From: an uncultured Chloroflexia bacterium
Lineage (GTDB): Bacteria; Chloroflexota; Limnocylindria; Limnocylindrales; CSP1-4
Length of the DNA: 64,000 bases
NCBI GenBank assembly: GCA_963713975.1
Contig: OY970218.1
Coordinates: forward strand, 2,784,001-2,848,000
Direction: 5' to 3'
Shown here: positions 9,476 through 19,238 of the stretch, one piece after another
Position numbering within the stretch: the stretch's first letter is position 1
Layout of the letters: each line of letters begins with the position of its first letter
Notes under the pieces: model-generated
Database searches by the model: none
What the model saw: only the letters and a program-made list of their open reading frames with translations
Told to the model about the DNA's origin: nothing
Made by a program: the position numbers and the translations under genes

Positions 9476-10384
9476 CTGGATCCCGAACGGCCCGCTTCCG
9501 ACCCGTCGCGGCCCGCATCCGAGCCCGTCGACGGTCCGTCCGGCACGCCCCCGAAGGGTCGGCGCAAGGCCGGATCCGCCGCCGGTGGGCGCCCGCCCGG
9601 GCTTCGCAACCAGTTCGCCGCGACCAAGACTGCGGCCCTCGTCCTCGCCCGCGCCCACGTCGACCTGGCCAAGGCCGAGGTCGACGAGATCAAGGGCGAG
9701 GTCGCGCGGGCCTCTGGGCTTGCCGCCGCGGCCATCGCATGCCTGATCCTCCTTGCCTTCCTGGTCCCGATCGGCGGACTGCTGTTCGCCGGTGAGTGGA
9801 TCTTCGGGTCGATCGGCTGGGGGCTGCTGCTCGGGACGGAGCTGCTGATCGCAGTTGCCATCGCGGCGGTGCTCGCTGGCCTGCGCATTCCCGGCCTCGG
9901 TCGTGATGCGCTGATTGCGCTGCTGCCCGCCATCGCCGTGGCGCTCGTCCTGGGGCTCAACATGCCGAACGAGCTGTTCCGGCGGATCGGCGAGGCGGTC
10001 GGGCTCACCATTGACCCGGCGGTCATGCCGCTCGTGGTCGGGATCGTGGTCGTGGCCGTCATCGGTGCCATCGTCGGTCTCGTGATCGGCGCGCGGAGCC
10101 ACAGCGGCGCCGGCGCGGTCTTCGGGGGACTGCTCGCCGGGGCGGTCGCCGGCGCACTCGCCGGGGCCTTCCTGTCCATCACCTTCGGCCTGCGGGTGGG
10201 GGTCGCGCTCGGCGTCGCGACGTACCTCGCCACATGGCCGGTCCTCATGGGTCTTCGGACCCAGCGCCAGGGTATCGACCCGGAGGAGCTCAAGGCACGC
10301 TTCTATCCGCAGACGACCATCGAGACCACGAAGGAGAGCATCGAGTGGGCGAAGGCACGAGTGTCGCGCGAGCCCAGGTCCTAG
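9476..10384 (+). CDS. Phage_holin_3_6/YqjE-like membrane protein, expanded; probable CTG start
   Basis: Frame is open from the stop at 9443-9445. It contains HVDLAKAE followed by TM helices and ends PQTTIETTKESIEWAK. GGAGG lies 7 nt before CTG 9476; no in-frame ATG/GTG/TTG occurs before 9869. Confidence 0.68.
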   Translation: MDPERPASDPSRPASEPVDGPSGTPPKGRRKAGSAAGGRPPGLRNQFAATKTAALVLARAHVDLAKAEVDEIKGEVARASGLAAAAIACLILLAFLVPIGGLLFAGEWIFGSIGWGLLLGTELLIAVAIAAVLAGLRIPGLGRDALIALLPAIAVALVLGLNMPNELFRRIGEAVGLTIDPAVMPLVVGIVVVAVIGAIVGLVIGARSHSGAGAVFGGLLAGAVAGALAGAFLSITFGLRVGVALGVATYLATWPVLMGLRTQRQGIDPEELKARFYPQTTIETTKESIEWAKARVSREPRS

Positions 10385-10893
10385 CGGCCCGCGAGGCCCT
10401 GGACGAGGAGCTCGTCCGGCTCGAGGCGTCCGCCCGCGCGGCCGTCGACATCCCCGCGAAGATCAAGCGCAGCCCCGTCAAGGCCGCCGGGCTGGCCGCC
10501 GGGGCAGGCTTCGTCGTCCTCGGCGGGCCGAAGAAGCTGTTCCGGCGCGCAAAGGGGGCAGTCCGGGGGCCCGAGGAGCCGCTGCCGCCGGCCATGCTCC
10601 CCAAGGACATCGACGCTGCGCTGCGCGTGCTGGGCACGGACGGGGAGAAGGTCCGGGGCGTCCTGGAACGCGAGTTTGCCGCCTATCTCGAGGCCACGGA
10701 ACCGACCAGGCAGCGACGCAACTTCTCTAACGCGGCCACCGTGGTCGCGATCGCGTTCCTGCGCCCGCTGGTCCTGCGCTTCAGCAAGCGCCTCGCGAAC
10801 GAGATCATCGCGACGGACGGCACGTCGTTCAGCGACCAGCTGAAGAAGGTCCGTTCGCGGATGGGCACAGCCGGAGACGACGAGCCGGCCTGA
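10345..10893 (+). CDS. Hypothetical protein (DUF3618-like partner of holin_3_6 genes)
   Basis: AAGGAGAG 6 nt before GTG 10345; overlaps the upstream gene end; helical AAREALDEELVRLE followed by a short hydrophobic segment. Confidence 0.6.
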   Translation: MGEGTSVARAQVLAAREALDEELVRLEASARAAVDIPAKIKRSPVKAAGLAAGAGFVVLGGPKKLFRRAKGAVRGPEEPLPPAMLPKDIDAALRVLGTDGEKVRGVLEREFAAYLEATEPTRQRRNFSNAATVVAIAFLRPLVLRFSKRLANEIIATDGTSFSDQLKKVRSRMGTAGDDEPA

Positions 10894-10913
10894 TCACGGC
10901 CCGCGCCGGGGAC

Positions 10914-11001
10914 TGGTAGGCGAGGTCGGGGTCGAACCGACACGCCCCTCACGGGGCACCGGCTCCTAAGGCCGGCGCGTCTGCCATTTCGCCACTCGCC
11001 C
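10914..11001 (-). tRNA. tRNA-Leu (anticodon TAG)
   Basis: GGGCGAG/CTCGCCT acceptor stem, D-arm TGGCGAAATGGCAGACGC, anticodon arm CCGGC-CTTAGGA-GCCGG, long variable arm, GGTTCGACCCC T-arm, encoded ACCA end. Confidence 0.96.
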
Positions 11002-11187
11002 TCGACCAGTCTAGCCCCGCGGTCCCAGGCCGGACCCGCGCCCATGTGGAGGGCGGCTGCGGCCGCGCGCGCCCGCCGCCACGGGACCCCACCGGCCTGC
11101 CGCCATGGGGCTCTCGGACGCTCACCAGCCCGCGATCACCGGCGCCTTGCCGCCCGGACCGTCGACCCACCCTATACTCGCCGGGCG

Positions 11188-12672
11188 ATGAATGTGACCG
11201 CTACCCCTGCCCCCAAGAGCTCCATCCTCCTCGAGATCGAGGTTCCCGCCGAACGACTCGACCGTGCCATCGGTGAGGCCGTCAGGCGGCTGTCCCGGCG
11301 CACCCGCGTCGCGGGCTTCCGTCCCGGCAAGGCGCCCAGGCCCATCCTGGAGCGCGTGCTCGGGCCCACGGCGGTCATCGACGAGGCCGTGGAGCAGGTG
11401 GTCCAGACCGCCTATCGCGACGCCATCGTGGAGCAGGGCATCGTCCCGCTGACCAACGCCGATGTCGAGGTGATCGAGGCCGAGGAAGGCAAGCCCGTCC
11501 GCTTCAAGGCCACCGTCCAGGTCCGTCCCGAGGTCACCCTCGGCGACTATGCGGGCTTCAACTTCGCGCCCGAGATCGAGACCATCGATACGGCGAAGGT
11601 CGACAAGGTGGTGGACGAGCTCCGCGACCAGAACGCGACCCTGACGGCGGTGGAGGATCGGGCAGCGCAGAACGGCGACTGGGCGGTCATCGGTTTCGTG
11701 GGCTCCCGTGACGGCGCTCCGTTCGACGGCGGGGCCTCGGAGCGGATGCCACTGGTGATCGGCGAGGACCGGCTGATCCCCGGCTTCGAGGCCAACCTGA
11801 TCGGCCTCGAGCCCGGCGGGTCGACCGAGTTCGACATCACCTTCCCGGATGACTACCCGGAGGAGTCCCTCGCCGGGGCCCAGGCCCACTTCGCGGTGGA
11901 CCTCAAGGAGCTGCGCGAGAAGGTGCTCCCAGCGGCCGACGACGCACTCGCCCAGAACATGGGCGAGTACGCGGACCTCGCGGCGCTCAAGGCCGACATC
12001 GACGCACGGCTCCGGCGCAATGCCCTCGACAAGGCACGGCACGAGTTCGCCGACAAGATCATCGAGTACGCGGTGGCCAACGCCACCATCGACCTCCCGG
12101 ACGTCCTGGTGGACCAGGAGGTGGAGGTGATGCACGACGAGTTCCGCTCCACGCTCGCCCGCCAGGGCATCGGCGAGGAGGCGTACCTCAAGGCCACCAA
12201 CCAGTCCGAGGAGGAGCTGCACGCGGAGTTCCGTCCGCGGGCCGAGCACCGGGTCAAGGTGCTGCTCGTCCTGTCCAAGATCGCCGACGCCGAGGGGATC
12301 GAGATCCCGGATGCCGAGGTCGAGGCACAGGTCGACATGGCCCGTGCCCGCTACCAGGATCCGAAGACCGTCAGGTACTTCGAGTCCGAGCGTGGACGCA
12401 ACTTCATCGGCAGCACCCTCCGCCGCACCCGGCTGGTCGAGATCCTCGTGGATCGCTGGCTGGCCGCCCACCCCGAGCACCCCGCCCTGCCGCACATGGA
12501 GGACGACGCGCCGTCGGCTGTCGACGGTGCGCAGGCGCAGGCCAACGCGGGCATCGATGCCACCGATCCGGGTGCCATCCCGGATGCGATCGACGACGGG
12601 GCGGCCCACGACCACCATCATCACGATCACGGCGACGCCGCACCTGCGCCCGCCGCCGAGAAGGGCGCGTAG
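11188..12672 (+). CDS. tig: Trigger factor
   Basis: GFRPGKAP ribosome-binding signature, FKBP domain (LIPGFE, ITFPDDY); upstream of clpPX. TATACT lies 9 nt before ATG 11188. Confidence 0.96.
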   Translation: MNVTATPAPKSSILLEIEVPAERLDRAIGEAVRRLSRRTRVAGFRPGKAPRPILERVLGPTAVIDEAVEQVVQTAYRDAIVEQGIVPLTNADVEVIEAEEGKPVRFKATVQVRPEVTLGDYAGFNFAPEIETIDTAKVDKVVDELRDQNATLTAVEDRAAQNGDWAVIGFVGSRDGAPFDGGASERMPLVIGEDRLIPGFEANLIGLEPGGSTEFDITFPDDYPEESLAGAQAHFAVDLKELREKVLPAADDALAQNMGEYADLAALKADIDARLRRNALDKARHEFADKIIEYAVANATIDLPDVLVDQEVEVMHDEFRSTLARQGIGEEAYLKATNQSEEELHAEFRPRAEHRVKVLLVLSKIADAEGIEIPDAEVEAQVDMARARYQDPKTVRYFESERGRNFIGSTLRRTRLVEILVDRWLAAHPEHPALPHMEDDAPSAVDGAQAQANAGIDATDPGAIPDAIDDGAAHDHHHHDHGDAAPAPAAEKGA

Positions 12673-12732
12673 CGCACCGCCGGCGCGGACGCGAACCCAA
12701 ACGTGCCCGACCGAACACAGGGGAGACCCACG

Positions 12733-13416
12733 ATGCTCGTCCCGATGGTCATCGAATCCACAAGTCGTGGGGAACGCGCGTACGACATCTACTCGCGGCT
12801 GCTTCGAGAGCGGATCATCTTCCTGGGTGACGCGATCGACGACCACCTGGCCAACCTGGTGATCGCCCAGCTGCTGTTCCTCGAGTCCGAGGACCCCGAG
12901 AAGGACATCAGCCTCTACATCAACTCACCCGGCGGCGTGGTGACCAGCGGCCTGGCCATCTACGACACGATGCAGTACCTGCGCGCCCCGGTGAGCACCA
13001 TCTGTATCGGCATGGCGGCATCCATGGCCGCGGTGCTGCTCGCGGCCGGCGCGAAGGGCAAGCGCTATGCGCTGCCGCACAGCCGGGTGATGATCCACCA
13101 GGGCTCCGGCGGGTTCCGGGGCAACGCCCCCGACGCCGTGATCCAGATGAAGGAGTGGGAGTACCTGGTCAAGGTCAACAACGAGATCCTGGCCAAGCAC
13201 ACCGGCCAGCCCGTGGACAAGGTGGTCCTGGACACGGACCGGGACTACTTCATGGGCTCCGACGAAGCCAAGGCGTATGGCATCATCGACGCTGTCTACA
13301 CCCTCACCGGCGACTCCCTGATCGCGCAGGCGCACGACGCGGGCCTGGCCGGCGGAGAGGGCTCCGAACTGGCGGAGCCGCGCTCGGACGAGACCGGGCC
13401 GGCTGTCGACAAGTAA
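12733..13416 (+). CDS. clpP: ATP-dependent Clp protease proteolytic subunit
   Basis: MLVPMVIE...[18 protein letters not shown], catalytic AASM, IHQ, DRDYFM; GGGAG ribosome-binding site. Confidence 0.97.
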   Translation: MLVPMVIESTSRGERAYDIYSRLLRERIIFLGDAIDDHLANLVIAQLLFLESEDPEKDISLYINSPGGVVTSGLAIYDTMQYLRAPVSTICIGMAASMAAVLLAAGAKGKRYALPHSRVMIHQGSGGFRGNAPDAVIQMKEWEYLVKVNNEILAKHTGQPVDKVVLDTDRDYFMGSDEAKAYGIIDAVYTLTGDSLIAQAHDAGLAGGEGSELAEPRSDETGPAVDK

Positions 13417-13428
13417 GGACTGGGACCG

Positions 13429-14742
<1,314 letters not shown>

Positions 14743-14809
14743 GTTCGCGAACGCCTGGCGAGAGGACACGGGGCCGACTCTGGTCCGCCGCGTGGTAGGA
14801 TCGCGGCCT

Positions 14810-15049
14810 CACGGCGGTGACCGAGAGGAGTAGGTCCGGGAACGGCCCCAAGCGAGCGCGGGACAGTGTGAGCCGCGCGGGCACGACGGGACCGAAGGTC
14901 GCTCGCGAGCCGTGCGCCTGGCGCCCGATACAGCGCCGAGAGCGTGACCGGATCCGGCGGATCGCGATGAGCGACCTGCCCCGGCCACACAACCAGCAGG
15001 TGGTACCACGACCCCGTTCGTCCGCTGGACGAGCGGGTCGTTGCGTTTC
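14810..15049 (+). promoter_or_regulatory. T-box riboswitch (Val specifier) upstream of valS
   Basis: TG-n-TAGGAT -10 at 14793-14801; Stem I GAGTAG, AGCGAG and GTGTGAG elements; GAAG-GTC specifier (Val codon at 14898-14900); T-box AGGTGGTACCACG at 14998-15010; hairpin at 15009-15040 followed by TTGCGTTT. Confidence 0.85.
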
Positions 15050-15060
15050 GGGAGCAGGCG

Positions 15061-17811
15061 ATGGTGGATACGGCGAGCGGACAGCTGGCGAAGGCCTACG
15101 TTCCGGCGGAGTTCGAGCACGACATCTACGAGCGCTGGCTGGCGGCCGACGTCTTCGCGCCCGACGGAGCCGGGTCAACGGCGGACTGGTCACTCGAGCC
15201 GTTCGTGATCATCCAGCCGCCGCCCAACGTGACCGGCAGCCTGCACCTGGGCCACGCGCAGCGGACCACGGTCGAGGACCTGATGATCCGCCACGCGCGG
15301 ATGCTCGGCCGGCCGTCCCTGTTCCTGCCGGGCCTCGATCACGCCAGCATCGCCGCCCAGTTCGTGCTCGACGGGATCATCGCCAAGGACGGCGAGACGC
15401 GCGCGTCCCTCGGCCGCGAGCGATACCTGGAGCGGATGAACGCATTCATCGAGGAGACGAAGACCGTCATCCTCACCCAGCAGCGGCGGGTCGGCGGCTC
15501 GTGTGACTGGGGCCGGCTCCGGTTCACGATGGACGACGTAAGCAGCAGGGCCGTCCGCGAGGCCTTCGTCCGCCTCCACCGCAAGGGCCTGGTCTATCGC
15601 GCCGAGGCGCTCGTCAACTGGTGCCCCGGCTGCCGCACGAGCGTCAGCGACCTCGAGGTCGTGCCGACCCCCGAGACGGGAACGCTGTGGCGGGTCCGCT
15701 ACCACCTGGTGGACGAGCAGACGGGCCTCCCGGATCCCGACGCGACCGTGACGGTTGCCACCACGCGACCGGAGACCATCCTCGGCGACACGGCCGTCGC
15801 CGTCCACCCCGACGATCCGCGCTACGCGGCCCTCGTCGGCCGACGCGTGCGCATCCCGTTCGTGGAGCGGGACGTGCCGGTGATCGCGGACCCGATCGTC
15901 GATCCCGCCTTCGGCACCGGAGCCGTGAAGATCACCCCGGCTCACGACCACGATGACCACGAGACGGGCGTCCGTCACTCGCTGGCGATGCCCACCATCC
16001 TCGACGACACCGCCCACGTGACAGGCACCGGCACGCCGTACGACGGCCTGGACCGCTACGAGGCGCGTGCCCGGATGCTCGAGGACCTCGCGGCCCGCGG
16101 CGATCTCGAGGGGGAGCAGCCCCACGAGATGGTCATCGGCAAGTGCCAGCGCAGCGGCGACGTGGTCGAGCCACGGCTCAAGACCCAGTGGTTCGTGAGG
16201 ACCGCCCCGCTCGCGGCGGCGGCGCTCGAAGCCATGCGTGTGGGACACACCTCCATCCTCCCCGATCGCTTCGAGAAGGTGGGGGAGCACTGGATGACGA
16301 CGATTCGCGACTGGAACGTGTCGCGCCAACTGTGGTGGGGCCATCGAATCCCGGCCTGGTTCTGCCCGGACGGTCACGCGACGGTCTCCGCTGAGATGGA
16401 CGGCCCGCCGGCGTGCGAGGTGTGTGGCAGGCCCGCAGCCGACCTGACCCAGGACCCCGACATCTTCGACACCTGGTTCAGCTCGGGGCTGTGGCCGTTC
16501 TCGACCCTCGGCTGGCCGGATGCGACCGACGACATGGCCCGCTTCTACCCGGGCTCTGTGATGGAGACCGGCTACGACATCATCTTCTTCTGGGTCGTCC
16601 GGATGATGATGCTGGGCATCGAGCTCGTCGGCGACGCGCCCTTCCACACGGTGTACCTGTCGGGCCTGATCCGGGACCCGTATGGCGCGAAGATGTCCAA
16701 GACCAAAGGCAACACCGTGGACCCGCTGGGGACGATCGACGAGGTGGGCGCCGACGCCCTGCGCTTCGCCGTGGTTCACGGCACCACGCCGGGCAATGAC
16801 CAGCGCTTCGGGTCAGCCAAGGTCGAGAACGCCCGCAACTTCGCCAACAAGCTGTGGAATGCGACGCGGTTCGTGCTCGGCGCCCGGCCCGGGTCCATCC
16901 CCGTGAACGCGGAGCGCCGCCTGCCCGATGCCCAACATCTCGGACCCGCCGACCGGTGGGTCCTCTCGCGCGCCGCCGCGACGACCGCTGCCGTGGACCG
17001 GGCGATGGCCGATTACGGGTTCGGCGAGGTGACCCGGCTCCTCTACGACGCGATCTGGAACGAGTACTGCGACTGGGGCCTGGAGCTGGCGAAGGTGCGC
17101 CTGTCCGACGCGTCGCTCCCGGACGCGGAACGGGAAGCCACCTGGTGGGCGCTGGTCGAGGCGCTCGACACCTACCTGCGGCTGCTGCACCCCGTGATGC
17201 CCTTCATCACCGAACGCCTGTGGCAGGCGCTGCCGCACCGCGCGACGGATCCCGAACTGCTGATCGTGGCCCGCTGGCCGGCGGTGGGGGAACGGGACAC
17301 CGAGGCGGAGACGCAGATCGGGGCGCTCGTGGACCTGGTCCGCGGGGTCCGCAACGCCCGCGCCGACGCCCGGCTGGAGCCGGCGTCGTGGCTGCCGCTG
17401 GATGTCTACGTGGAGCCGGAGCTCGGTCTCGCGCTGGAGGCGCTCCGCCCGGCTATCGAGCGGCTCGCACACGCCAGGCCGTTGCGCCGCCACCTCACCC
17501 GCGAGGCGCTCCACGGGACCGCGGGAGCGGGCGGGGCCGGGAACGGACCCGCCGGGCTGGCCGTCATTGCGGGGCCAACCGAGGCCATCATCGCCACCGG
17601 TGGTGCCGACCCGGCGGCAGCCGAGGCCGATCGGATCCGGCTGGAGAAGGAGCTGGCCGACGCCGAACGCCTGCTGGACGCTGCCCGGGCAAGGTTGGCG
17701 AACGAGGCGTTCACCTCCAAGGCGCCCGCAGCGATCGTCGAAGGGGCCCGAGCTCGCGAGTTAGAGCTGGCCGAGCAGGTGGACCGGCTCCGCGAGCGGG
17801 TCGGCCGGTGA
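15061..17811 (+). CDS. valS: Valine--tRNA ligase
   Basis: PPPNVTGSLHLGH, ATTRPET, GTGAVKITPAHD, DWNVSRQLWWGH, DTWFSSGLWP, KMSKT, C-terminal coiled coil. Confidence 0.98.
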   Translation: MVDTASGQLAKAYVPAEFEHDIYERWLAADVFAPDGAGSTADWSLEPFVIIQPPPNVTGSLHLGHAQRTTVEDLMIRHARMLGRPSLFLPGLDHASIAAQFVLDGIIAKDGETRASLGRERYLERMNAFIEETKTVILTQQRRVGGSCDWGRLRFTMDDVSSRAVREAFVRLHRKGLVYRAEALVNWCPGCRTSVSDLEVVPTPETGTLWRVRYHLVDEQTGLPDPDATVTVATTRPETILGDTAVAVHPDDPRYAALVGRRVRIPFVERDVPVIADPIVDPAFGTGAVKITPAHDHDDHETGVRHSLAMPTILDDTAHVTGTGTPYDGLDRYEARARMLEDLAARGDLEGEQPHEMVIGKCQRSGDVVEPRLKTQWFVRTAPLAAAALEAMRVGHTSILPDRFEKVGEHWMTTIRDWNVSRQLWWGHRIPAWFCPDGHATVSAEMDGPPACEVCGRPAADLTQDPDIFDTWFSSGLWPFSTLGWPDATDDMARFYPGSVMETGYDIIFFWVVRMMMLGIELVGDAPFHTVYLSGLIRDPYGAKMSKTKGNTVDPLGTIDEVGADALRFAVVHGTTPGNDQRFGSAKVENARNFANKLWNATRFVLGARPGSIPVNAERRLPDAQHLGPADRWVLSRAAATTAAVDRAMADYGFGEVTRLLYDAIWNEYCDWGLELAKVRLSDASLPDAEREATWWALVEALDTYLRLLHPVMPFITERLWQALPHRATDPELLIVARWPAVGERDTEAETQIGALVDLVRGVRNARADARLEPASWLPLDVYVEPELGLALEALRPAIERLAHARPLRRHLTREALHGTAGAGGAGNGPAGLAVIAGPTEAIIATGGADPAAAEADRIRLEKELADAERLLDAARARLANEAFTSKAPAAIVEGARARELELAEQVDRLRERVGR

Positions 17812-17869
17812 CCCGTCCCGCTGGTAGGATGGCGCCTGACCATCAGCAGGCCGTCACCGGGAGGACGCC

Positions 17870-18622
17870 GTGCCCCTCGAGTTCCTGAAGCGTCGCGGCG
17901 GAGACGCCGACAAGCCGGATCCCGCGACGCCGTCGGCTGCCCCCGCCGGGCTGCCCGAGGAAGTCGTCGCGCAGGAGTTCCAGCTCAAGCTGTACTACGC
18001 GGGCAAGAGCAGCGAGGGCGTGCGGATGCGCGCCGGCCCCCAGGCGCTTGCCGAGCTCCCCCGGATGCTCGAAGGCCTGACCCGCAATGCGATCGAGACC
18101 GTCGATCCGCTGCCGCTCGAGTTCGCCCAGGCGGTGCCCGTGATCGCCCGTCCGTCCGAGGCGATGCAGTGGCTCAACGCCCACCACGAGCTGAGCCCCG
18201 TCACCCGTCATGCCCTCGTGGTGCTCGAATCCGTCGACGCCGTGGATCTCGCCTTCGACACCTTCGTGTGCACGCTGCTGGACGGCGAGACGGACACGTC
18301 CGGGTATCCCGAGTACAACGCGGTGGTGGGTGGCGTGGCGTCGCACTGGGACGAGGCCACCGGTGACATGATCGTCCGAGCGGTCGTCGGCTGGGGCGGC
18401 CGGGGGGTCCGGGGCGATACCGACCGGATCGCGCAGCGCCTGCTCTCCGGGATCCTGACCAATATCCTCGCCAGCCAGTTTGCGATGGGTCTCACCGAGG
18501 TGGATCGGCCGGTGCCGGCCGCCGGGCGCGGTGGCCTGGTCTGCGCCCACTGTGGCTTCGCGTCCGGCCATGAGCGAGCGTTCTACTGTCCCAAGTGCGG
18601 GATGCGGCTGCTCCGCGGCTGA
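17870..18622 (+). CDS. Hypothetical protein with C-terminal zinc ribbon
   Basis: GGAGG ribosome-binding site, upstream TG-n-TAGGAT, typical codon usage; ends CAHCG...FYCPKCG. Confidence 0.75.
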   Translation: MPLEFLKRRGGDADKPDPATPSAAPAGLPEEVVAQEFQLKLYYAGKSSEGVRMRAGPQALAELPRMLEGLTRNAIETVDPLPLEFAQAVPVIARPSEAMQWLNAHHELSPVTRHALVVLESVDAVDLAFDTFVCTLLDGETDTSGYPEYNAVVGGVASHWDEATGDMIVRAVVGWGGRGVRGDTDRIAQRLLSGILTNILASQFAMGLTEVDRPVPAAGRGGLVCAHCGFASGHERAFYCPKCGMRLLRG

Positions 18623-18646
18623 TCTCGTCACCTATTGCTGAGCACC

Positions 18647-18985
18647 ATGCCCGTCTACGACTACCTCTGCACCGCCTGCGACCATCGCGCCGACATCCTC
18701 CACGGGATCAACGATCCGGGGCCGAACTTCTGCCCCTCGTGCGGTGCCGATGGGACGATGCGCAAGCAGTTCGCCGCGCCCGCCGTCCACTTCAAGGGTT
18801 CCGGCTGGGCCAAGAAGGACCGGGGTGGGACGTCGCGCTCGAGGAAGGCCGCGTCCGGGTCTTCCTCAGGGGACGAGGGTCACGAGTCCAAGGGCTCGGA
18901 CGATGCCGCGTCGACGACAGCGTCCGCGGCCAAGCCCGAGGAGACCAAGCCCGCCGGCCCAAAGCCCACCGGCTCCAACGACTGA
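18647..18985 (+). CDS. FmdB family zinc-ribbon protein
   Basis: MPVYDYLCTACDH...CPSCG...FKGSGW followed by a low-complexity Ser/Lys tail. Confidence 0.88.
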   Translation: MPVYDYLCTACDHRADILHGINDPGPNFCPSCGADGTMRKQFAAPAVHFKGSGWAKKDRGGTSRSRKAASGSSSGDEGHESKGSDDAASTTASAAKPEETKPAGPKPTGSND

Positions 18986-18994
18986 GGCTGCAGC

Positions 18995-19234
18995 ATGCCG
19001 TCCACTGCCGACTGGATCACGCTTGCCGAGGCAGCCGAGATCCTGGCTGCGGCGAACATCCACTTCCGCCCGGCGACGATCGGCAGCTGGGCTCGCACCG
19101 GCAGGCTCTCGAGCATCAAGCTGGGGGGTCGTCGCTACGTCCGCCGCGGCGAGGTGAAGGCGCTCGTCGCCGCCCCGCGCCGCGTTCGCGCCGATGCTAT
19201 CCAGCCGGGCCTGTTCGAGGACCTGAGCGGCTGA
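18995..19234 (+). CDS. Small HTH_17 (BldC/excisionase-like) DNA-binding protein
   Basis: WITLAEAAEIL...TIGSWARTGRLSSIKLGGRRYVRRGEVKAL matches the MerR-like BldC/Xis pattern. Confidence 0.78.
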   Translation: MPSTADWITLAEAAEILAAANIHFRPATIGSWARTGRLSSIKLGGRRYVRRGEVKALVAAPRRVRADAIQPGLFEDLSG

Positions 19235-19238
19235 CCGG

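Noticed and set aside
9446-9868. Frameshift or pseudogene explanation for the missing start of the membrane protein
   Set aside because: The frame is continuous and stop-free, with a well-spaced GGAGG before CTG; a non-canonical start is simpler.
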